From contig CAWBTT010000004.1 of NCBI GenBank assembly GCA_963791815.1, positions 130,215 to 194,214 of the forward strand: 64,000 nt of DNA, in the 5' to 3' direction. The DNA is from an uncultured Candidatus Micrarchaeota archaeon. GTDB lineage: Archaea; Micrarchaeota; Micrarchaeia; Anstonellales; Bilamarchaeaceae. A program made the position numbers and the translations under genes. Of the stretch, positions 17,621-23,763 are shown piece after piece (position 1 is the first letter of the stretch; each line of letters opens with the position of its first letter). The notes beneath the pieces were generated by a model, which did not search any database, was not told the origin of the DNA, and saw only the letters and a program-made list of their open reading frames with translations.

Positions 17621-18115
17621 TCACCTCGAAGATGCTACTCTCACTTCTCTGCTTGGAACATACTGTCCCCCGCGGAAGGTCCGGGAAAGATAATCATCCC
17701 TAAAAATGTCAAGCCTTGCGTTTGGCGCTCGTGCATTGAAACGTTCATGGTTTCCTGGTCCGCCAATCTGCTGAACATCAGCATGTACTACTGCACCCCC
17801 AGTCTCAACAAGCTGGTTGCCAACAAGAAGTTCGTGAAGCCTTTCCCTTCCGCCCCTTGCAGGAAGCCTTTCAGGAAGAGTAACGCGGTAAGCTCTATCT
17901 CCAACACTTACACGATAAACATGCTGTTCAATTCTCCTAGGAGTAGGTCGGGTAGTTGGGCGTACTGTTCCCGCGCGCCTTCCTGCCGCCGCGCCCTGCT
18001 GAAGAAGATCCAGAACGTTCCGCAACATGTTCTTGATTTCAACCATTTCCTGCTGAAGGGATTGAAGAGTAGGTGCCTGCGTCCTTTGCCGTGGTTTACG
18101 AGCAGCTTGTGCCAT
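17621..18115 (-). CDS. Arg-rich orphan protein, paralogue of 16952..17614
   Basis: Core YRVSVGDRAYRVTLPERLPARGG is identical to its neighbour at 13 of 23 positions. N-terminus is MAQAARKPRQRTQAP. Two Lys in 164 aa. Confidence 0.6.
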   Translation of the reverse strand: MAQAARKPRQRTQAPTLQSLQQEMVEIKNMLRNVLDLLQQGAAAGRRAGTVRPTTRPTPRRIEQHVYRVSVGDRAYRVTLPERLPARGGRERLHELLVGNQLVETGGAVVHADVQQIGGPGNHERFNARAPNARLDIFRDDYLSRTFRGGQYVPSREVRVASSR

Positions 18116-18140
18116 ATATATCAGAAATACTTTGATGGCA

Positions 18141-18152
18141 AGTTTTTTTAAG
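18141..18152. promoter_or_regulatory. shared A/T block, candidate bidirectional TATA element
   Basis: agtttttttaag is centred about 27 nt upstream of purP ATG 18174 and about 31 nt upstream of the divergent ATG 18115. This suggests two leaderless transcripts. Confidence 0.3.
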
Positions 18153-18173
18153 AGAAGTCATACTCAATATCAT

Positions 18174-19214
18174 ATGCTCGATAAGAAGAGGATAGACGAT
18201 TTGCTATCTAATTATGAGGATTTTAAAATCGCAACAATTTGTTCACATTCTTCACTCCAGATATTCCACGGCGCCCGCAAAGAGGGCATAAAAACAGTCG
18301 GGATTGTCCAGAAAGGGAAACGAAAACTATACGAATCGTTCCCATATGGAAGACCGGATGAGTTCATAGAGGTTGACAGCTACAGCGACGTACCAGTCAA
18401 AGAGCTTGTGGACAATAACGCGATTGTGATACCGCACGGCTCATTTGTTGAATATGTCGGACCGAAATTTGATGATATGGAACTGCCTGTTTACGGAAAC
18501 CGCCAAAGTTTGATGTGGGAGCGGAACAGGTCCAAAATGTTCGAGTGGATTGACAAGGCAGGAATACCAAGACCAAAGATTCTTAAGCCCGAAGATATTG
18601 ACGGCCCTGCGCTTGTGAAATTCCCAGGCGCAAAGGGCGGGCAGGGATACCTGATAGTCAACAGCTACAATGAATTCGAAAAGAAAGTTGGCGAGCAGGA
18701 GTGCATGATTCAAGAGTTCATAATCGGGGTGCGCGCATACCCGCATTTCTTCTTCTCCCCATTCGGAGATGTTGGATACAAAACAGAGAAGGGAAGAATT
18801 GAAATGCTCGGTGTTGACACAAGAGTTGAGAGCAGCGCTGATGAAATTGCAAGGGCAGTATCAGTCGGTTTGAAACCAAAACTGGCATTCACAGTTGTCG
18901 GCAATGAACCCATGGTTCTTCGCGAATCCCTTCTTAGCACCTACATGGAATTCGGAAAGAAAATAAGTGACGCTTCATTCGATTTGTTCGGAGGAATTTA
19001 CGGTCCGTTCTGCATTGAGACAATCATCAATGAGGATTTGGAAATCTATGCATTTGAAGTCAGCGCGCGGATTGTCGCTGGAACAAATGTTTATCCGGAA
19101 GGCTCACCTTACTCTGTTTATTATTATGACAAACCTATGAGCACCGGGCGAAGAATAGCAATTGAACTCAAGCTTGCCAAGGAGAAAGGAAAACTTTCCG
19201 AGGTTGTTTACTGA
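18174..19214 (+). CDS. purP: 5-formaminoimidazole-4-carboxamide ribonucleotide synthetase
   Basis: IATICSHSSLQIFHGARKEGIKTVGI and an ATP-grasp-like remainder match archaeal PurP. Start placed at MLDKKRIDDL. Confidence 0.8.
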   Translation: MLDKKRIDDLLSNYEDFKIATICSHSSLQIFHGARKEGIKTVGIVQKGKRKLYESFPYGRPDEFIEVDSYSDVPVKELVDNNAIVIPHGSFVEYVGPKFDDMELPVYGNRQSLMWERNRSKMFEWIDKAGIPRPKILKPEDIDGPALVKFPGAKGGQGYLIVNSYNEFEKKVGEQECMIQEFIIGVRAYPHFFFSPFGDVGYKTEKGRIEMLGVDTRVESSADEIARAVSVGLKPKLAFTVVGNEPMVLRESLLSTYMEFGKKISDASFDLFGGIYGPFCIETIINEDLEIYAFEVSARIVAGTNVYPEGSPYSVYYYDKPMSTGRRIAIELKLAKEKGKLSEVVY

Positions 19215-19272
19215 CATTTCCTAGGAAATGTACTGTGTTTCTCTTTTTTTAAGGCAGAAACCTTAGTTAGAT

Positions 19273-19906
19273 ATGAAGAGAAAATTAGGAACAGCAGATT
19301 CGCTGGAGTTAGCCAATTATCTTGGAAAATTGTTGTTAGTTAAAACAAAGGGTAATGACGAAATCAGAGCATATAGGATTAGAGATTTTATCAATAGCAG
19401 GCTGAATGGGGAAAAAATTGTAGAAGTGGCCAAAAAAACGGAAACAAATCCTCGGAATATAGGCAATTGGCTAGGTAATACAAAAAGGGACATTGGATTT
19501 CCGCTTAGCAAACTACTAATTGTTTCAAAAATATACAATATTCGAAATCAGGATTTGTTCGGTGCCATCAAAATTTTTGGATGTACTGATAGTAAAAAAT
19601 CCAGATTACCAAAAAGGATTACCCCCAGATTAGCATACCTGCTTGGATATTTGATGGGAGATGGTCATTTGGCTAATCCTAAGGACACAATATCTAATGG
19701 ATTTGAGTATAATGCAGAGGTGAAAAATTCTTAAGGAATCTGGAATCTTAAGAGCCGGCATTTATGTGGATACTGGAATTCGAAAAGGAAAAAGAACAAA
19801 AAGTTATGTCTTGGCCATTCAAACGCAACGAGAGATTGGATTGTTTATAAAACAGTTCTTTTCATTGAAAATACAAGAGCGTGCAAGAAAATGGATGAAA
19901 AAATAG
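19273..19906 (+). pseudogene. free-standing LAGLIDADG homing-endonuclease-like gene with a frame disruption
   Basis: LAYLLGYLMGDGHL motif after a helix-turn-helix-like N-terminus. The frame stops at 19734. The C-terminal part (KILKESGILRAGIYVDTGIRKGKRTKSYVLAIQTQREIGLFIKQFF) continues in the +1 frame to 19906. Removing one A from the A5 run 19723-19727 joins the two parts. Confidence 0.6.
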
Positions 19907-20600
19907 TTCCTCAACATATTGCTTTCATCCCGGACGGAAATTAGAAAAAACCGTAAACCGGAGATGGAGCGAGCAGAAGGGAATTCCACGGAAAGAAGGC
20001 TACAAGATTGGGATTGAGCATATTGGGGATGTTCTCAAATGGTGCAAAGAGAAGGATGTCCGCATGGTGACCATGTGGGGATTCAGCACAGAAAATTTCA
20101 AAAGGGATTCGGAGGAGATTGAGGGACTCTTCAATCTGTTCAAGAAAAACCTTCTTGAGGGCCTTTCGACAAAGGAGGAAGAAGGGAAGAAAATCAAGGT
20201 AAGGTTCCTTGGCAGGACACATCTTTTTCCAAAAGACATTGTCGCTCTTTTCAAGAAAATCGAGGAAAAGACAAAGGACAACGGACCTTTTCAACTTAAT
20301 TTGCTTCTCTCATATGGGGGCCGCGGCGAAATAGTCGACGCGGTAAATGACATAATCAAGGAAGGCGCTCAGGAAGTGGATGAGGACATGATAGGAGAGC
20401 ACCTATACACCAAGGAGATGCCTGATCCTGATTTGGTCATCCGGACTTCCGGTGAGCAGAGGCTTTCGGGGCTTCTTCCGTGGCAGACCTGCTACAGCGA
20501 ATTTTATTTCTCAAAGAAACTGTGGCCGGACTTTTCCAAAGAGGATTTTGAAGAGGCTTTAGAAGAATACGCAAGAAGGAAAAGAAGGTTCGGGCGCTAG
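19891..20600 (+). CDS. uppS: undecaprenyl (cis-prenyl) diphosphate synthase, coding sequence interrupted by a 17-nt BHB element: join(19891..19939,19957..20600)
   Basis: MDEKIVPQHIAFIPDGN then TAG. The rest (RRWSEQKGIPRKEGYKIGIEH...MVTMWGFSTENF...RTSGEQRLSGLLPWQ) lies in another frame. Removing 19940-19956 gives PDGNRRW and a 230-aa product. Confidence 0.8.
19940..19956 (+). other. candidate 17-nt bulge-helix-bulge intron within uppS mRNA
   Basis: Helix CCGG 19930-33 with CCGG 19958-61. Bulge AAA 19955-57. 4-bp helix ACGG 19934-37 with CCGT 19951-54. Bulge AAA 19938-40. TT/AA closes a 6-nt loop. Cuts after the 2nd bulge nucleotide restore the frame. Confidence 0.6.
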
Positions 20601-20824
20601 CGTTTTTTCTTGTAATGCTTGACTATCCTGTCAGTAGATGTCTTCTGGTCAATAGCATACATGATTTTTGATAGTGCATAAAGAAGCACCACTGGAATAA
20701 GGAGGAGCACTCTTGTGATTATATCATCTGATATCACTATTAGCGCTATGAATAGGAACATGCCGAGGGCTGCCACGAAATGGAGCTTTGAGAGTATCTC
20801 GGCCAGCCTGAGCGGAAAGGACAT
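20597..20824 (-). CDS. small two-helix membrane protein
   Basis: Two hydrophobic segments (FVAALGMFLFIALIVI and VLLLIPVVLLYAL) and a basic C-terminus. Confidence 0.4.
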   Translation of the reverse strand: MSFPLRLAEILSKLHFVAALGMFLFIALIVISDDIITRVLLLIPVVLLYALSKIMYAIDQKTSTDRIVKHYKKKR

Positions 20825-20889
20825 CAGAATCCCATTTGTCAGGATGAGGTTTTAGAATGTTTTGATACTACCTATATGCTGCATTTTGA

Positions 20890-21029
20890 GCCGCAGTAGC
20901 TCAGTGGGAGAGCACTCCAGGTCCTTTTTTGTAATTAAAAAAAGAACCGGTGAAGCTGAAGTCTCACTGGGGGTTTAGTTCCCAGTTTCGGAAACGGAGG
21001 GGTCGCTAGTTCAAATCTGGCCTGCGGCA
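20890..21029 (+). tRNA. tRNA-Phe (GAA) with two introns: exons 20890..20918, 20955..20961, 20994..21029
   Basis: The joined exons give GCCGCAGTAGCTCAGTGGGAGAGCACTCC-GCTGAAG-ACGGAGGGGTCGCTAGTTCAAATCTGGCCTGCGGCA. This is a 72-nt cloverleaf with anticodon arm CTCCG/CTGAAGA/CGGAG. Both introns lie in BHB-type structures. Confidence 0.85.
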
Positions 21030-21035
21030 TTTTTT
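21030..21035 (+). terminator. oligo-T tract immediately after tRNA-Phe
   Basis: A T6 run directly follows the discriminator base. Oligo-T is the usual archaeal termination signal. Confidence 0.4.
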
Positions 21036-21058
21036 CTAATAATCGGACAGTGATAAAC

Positions 21059-22063
21059 ATGAAACTGCATATACCGAGAGACTACAAACCGTTGATAGGA
21101 GTAAGGAAGACAGAGGCAGCAATACCGAAGATTCAAAGATTTTTCCAGGCCAGGCTATCTGAGAATCTGAATCTTGAGAGGGCGTCTGCTCCAATGTTCG
21201 TGCGGGCAGGAACTGGAATCAACGACGACTTGAACGGGGTAGAGCAGAAAGTCTCTTTTGATGTAAAGGATGAGAAAGGCACAGTCGCAGAGGTAGTGAA
21301 CTCACTTGCCAAGTGGAAGAGAATGGCACTTGCCAGATACGGCTACTCGCATGGCGAGGGCATCTGGACAGACATGAACGCAATCAGGCCGGACGAAGAA
21401 CTTGACAACCTGCACTCACTTTATGTTGACCAGTGGGACTGGGAGCGCGTAATTTCACCGCAAGAAAGAACAAAAGAGTTCCTCATGGGCGTTGTTGGAA
21501 AGATATATGACGCAATCAGAAAAGCAGAAAGGATGATATGGCGCGAATACGATGTAGCACAGGAACTTCCTGAAGATATCAAGTTTGTCACAACCAGAGA
21601 GCTTGAGGGAATGCACCCTGAGCTTTCAAGAAAAGAAAGGGAGGACGCCATAGCAAAGCAGCACCTTGCTGTTTTCCTGATGGAAATAGGCTGGCCGCTC
21701 AAGGATGGAGAGTCCCACGATGGCCGTGCACCAGATTATGATGACTGGTCTCTTAACGGAGACATATTGGTTTGGAACGATGTTCTGCAAAGAGCCTTCG
21801 AATTATCCTCAATGGGAATCCGAGTAGATACGGATTCCCTGCTCAGCCAGCTAAGGCACGCTGGAGCAGAAGACAGACTGAAACTCCAGTTCCACAAGAT
21901 GCTGATGGGAGGCGAGCTTCCGCTTTCAGTTGGCGGTGGAATAGGACAGTCAAGGCTTTGCATGTATCTTCTTAGGAAAGCCCATATAGGAGAGGTTCAG
22001 GCCAGCATCTGGCCAGAAGAGATGCACTCGGAACTAAGGAAGAGCGGAATCCATCTTTTATGA
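21059..22063 (+). CDS. asnA: aspartate-ammonia ligase (asparagine synthetase A)
   Basis: SLAKWKR..., IRPDEE...LHSLYVDQWDWERV, DILVWN...AFELSSMGIRVD and GGGIGQSRL closely track E. coli AsnA as recalled. Confidence 0.85.
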   Translation: MKLHIPRDYKPLIGVRKTEAAIPKIQRFFQARLSENLNLERASAPMFVRAGTGINDDLNGVEQKVSFDVKDEKGTVAEVVNSLAKWKRMALARYGYSHGEGIWTDMNAIRPDEELDNLHSLYVDQWDWERVISPQERTKEFLMGVVGKIYDAIRKAERMIWREYDVAQELPEDIKFVTTRELEGMHPELSRKEREDAIAKQHLAVFLMEIGWPLKDGESHDGRAPDYDDWSLNGDILVWNDVLQRAFELSSMGIRVDTDSLLSQLRHAGAEDRLKLQFHKMLMGGELPLSVGGGIGQSRLCMYLLRKAHIGEVQASIWPEEMHSELRKSGIHLL

Positions 22064-22600
22064 TTCTAGGAACTCCAGTATCTTTGGGTAGCTGGTAAAG
22101 CCAGCGCCTTCATTGATGTGGCCAGCGCCATGCTCGACTATAAGCTCGGCGCCAAGCTTCTCTGCCAATCTTTTCCCTTCTTCCAGTTCTATGAAAGGGT
22201 CATTGTCAGAATTTATTACTACGAATTTGTCTGCCTTGCTTTTGATTTTCTCGAAGTCGAATTCCTTCTCGACAAAAGAATGAATCTCTGGTATCCCCAA
22301 ATCCTTTGCGAAGGCAGCGACCATGATTACAGTGCCGACTTTTTCTTCAGGGCCAAATGATTCGAGCAGCCTGAGGATTGTGGGGCCCCCGAGGCTGTGG
22401 GAAACCAGGACCCAATCCTTGTCGAATTTCGGGACTTCTTTTCGGACTGATTCGAGCCACTCGCCAAGCTGGGGTTCGTTGGTATTCGGAAAATCTGGAG
22501 ATTTGACTTCCACTCCATTCTCCTTCATTTTATCAGCAAGCCAGCCTCTCCAGCAGCTCCTTGAATCCCCTCCCCAGCAATGAAAAATGAATAGTTTCAT
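22058..22600 (-). CDS. alpha/beta serine hydrolase (YdeN/RBBP9-like)
   Basis: MKLFIFHCWGG start, nucleophile elbow SHSLGG, and NSDNDPF and GAGH motifs. Confidence 0.65.
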   Translation of the reverse strand: MKLFIFHCWGGDSRSCWRGWLADKMKENGVEVKSPDFPNTNEPQLGEWLESVRKEVPKFDKDWVLVSHSLGGPTILRLLESFGPEEKVGTVIMVAAFAKDLGIPEIHSFVEKEFDFEKIKSKADKFVVINSDNDPFIELEEGKRLAEKLGAELIVEHGAGHINEGAGFTSYPKILEFLES

Positions 22601-22605
22601 AGAAA

Positions 22606-22956
22606 TCAAAGAAGTTTCAGCTTGCCGAAGATATTATCTAATTCCTCTTCTTTCCAAGGGCCTGCTGCGAAGCATGTGATTGTGCCAGGCTCAATCTGCG
22701 TGTGGCCAGCATCTCGAATCAATTCCACTGGGATGCCAGCGTCTTTTGCCCTCTGGAAATATTCAATCAGCTCATCTTCGCTTGAGACTTTGAGGACGAC
22801 CTTTTCCTGTCCTATCGCCTCCCATTGCTTGACAACATCAGGGTCTGCCCGAAGGGTTTTCTTGTATGCTCCTAGTGATGCGTGCGACCCCTGAGCGACC
22901 TGCTTTCCTTTACCTAGTTTAAGGTCGCTTCTGATAACTATCGTCTGTTTGTACAC
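22606..22956 (-). CDS. pth2: peptidyl-tRNA hydrolase, archaeal type
   Basis: 116 aa. KQTIVIRSDLKLGKGKQVAQGSHAS and GHTQIEPGTITCFAAGP are typical of Pth2. Confidence 0.85.
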   Translation of the reverse strand: MYKQTIVIRSDLKLGKGKQVAQGSHASLGAYKKTLRADPDVVKQWEAIGQEKVVLKVSSEDELIEYFQRAKDAGIPVELIRDAGHTQIEPGTITCFAAGPWKEEELDNIFGKLKLL

Positions 22957-22979
22957 AAAAGAAAAATAGAAGGGAAAAA

Positions 22980-23690
22980 TTATAAGGATGTTTTCAACGC
23001 TGTCAGAGCCTGGTCCGCAACTGCCTCTCCGGAAACCGGCTGCCGCGGGGCGGGCCTTAGGCTATTGATATCCACAACTCCTGCTGGCAGCGCAGCCCTT
23101 GGCATGTCCTCTGCCATTGGAGGCCTTAGCGCCTCAAGAAGCCGAAGGAAGTTCTCGGCAGTCCTTGCTGCATATTGCACATCGCAGCTGCCGTAATTGC
23201 CCTCTCGGACGACATAGGTTCTTTCAGTCCTTGGCTCATACCATCTGAGGACCTTCTTGCCCTCTGCGGTCTGCATAGTGCGGGTGCGTAGTTCATATCG
23301 GTCTTCATCTGTGGGGCCAGTTACAGGCTCAGAGCGCAGCGAGAGCTTGAATCCCATGGCAGAAACCATGTGCTCAAGGTCTGTGTCTAATGAGCGGTCC
23401 GTGGTCCGGAATTCATATCTGGTGGCCACTTTGGTTGGTTGCTCCCTTCCACCCACAAGCTCAAGTACCGCACCATAGGTATCACTGGCCTTTTCCTTTG
23501 CCTCAATAAACTTGAAATAATCCTTGCGGGCTCTTCTTCCTCCAAAAAGCGCAATTACATTGTGCACTTCCTGGTCAGACAAAGTCCTTGCGCCTTCTAA
23601 TAGCGGCGCGGCATTGCGTAGATTCTTCCTCGGTTGTTCCGATGGCACGGGGCCTAACTTTCGAACTGGTGCGTTCCTCATGGTGGTCAC
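22980..23690 (-). CDS. Arg-rich orphan protein
   Basis: Open frame with tttataaa and GGTGA upstream of ATG 23681 (GTG 23690 is also possible). Internal RYEFRTT / RYELRTRT repeat. TERTYVVRE resembles PERTYAYRV of gene 16952..17614. Confidence 0.5.
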   Translation of the reverse strand: MTTMRNAPVRKLGPVPSEQPRKNLRNAAPLLEGARTLSDQEVHNVIALFGGRRARKDYFKFIEAKEKASDTYGAVLELVGGREQPTKVATRYEFRTTDRSLDTDLEHMVSAMGFKLSLRSEPVTGPTDEDRYELRTRTMQTAEGKKVLRWYEPRTERTYVVREGNYGSCDVQYAARTAENFLRLLEALRPPMAEDMPRAALPAGVVDINSLRPAPRQPVSGEAVADQALTALKTSL

Positions 23691-23763
23691 CTGTGGGATA
23701 GCAGCACCGAAGATTTATAAAGGTCTGTCACAAAAAACCGCGGAATTAGACTGAATCGCCACA

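Noticed and set aside
17606-18151. The 181-aa plus-strand ORF as the real gene, instead of the minus-strand Arg-rich paralogue.
   Set aside because: The minus-strand ORFs are mutually paralogous, have a Shine-Dalgarno or TATA context and have consistent composition. The plus-strand product is Cys/Ser/Pro-rich with no features.
20915-20921. CTCCAGG could be read as a tRNA-Trp anticodon loop (CCA), with a box C/D-type intron as in some Euryarchaeota.
   Set aside because: No 5-bp stem precedes it, because the flanking GAGCA is the D-stem. No RUGAUGA box C is present. The two-intron Phe(GAA) model gives a perfect cloverleaf, with BHB cut sites matching the exon ends.
20967-20985. The hairpin CTGGGG-GTTTAGT-TCCCAG looks like an anticodon arm with anticodon UUA, which would make it an ochre suppressor tRNA.
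   Set aside because: It lies inside intron 2 of tRNA-Phe and serves as the outer helix of that BHB. Position 32 would be G. No acceptor, D or T arms can be built around it.
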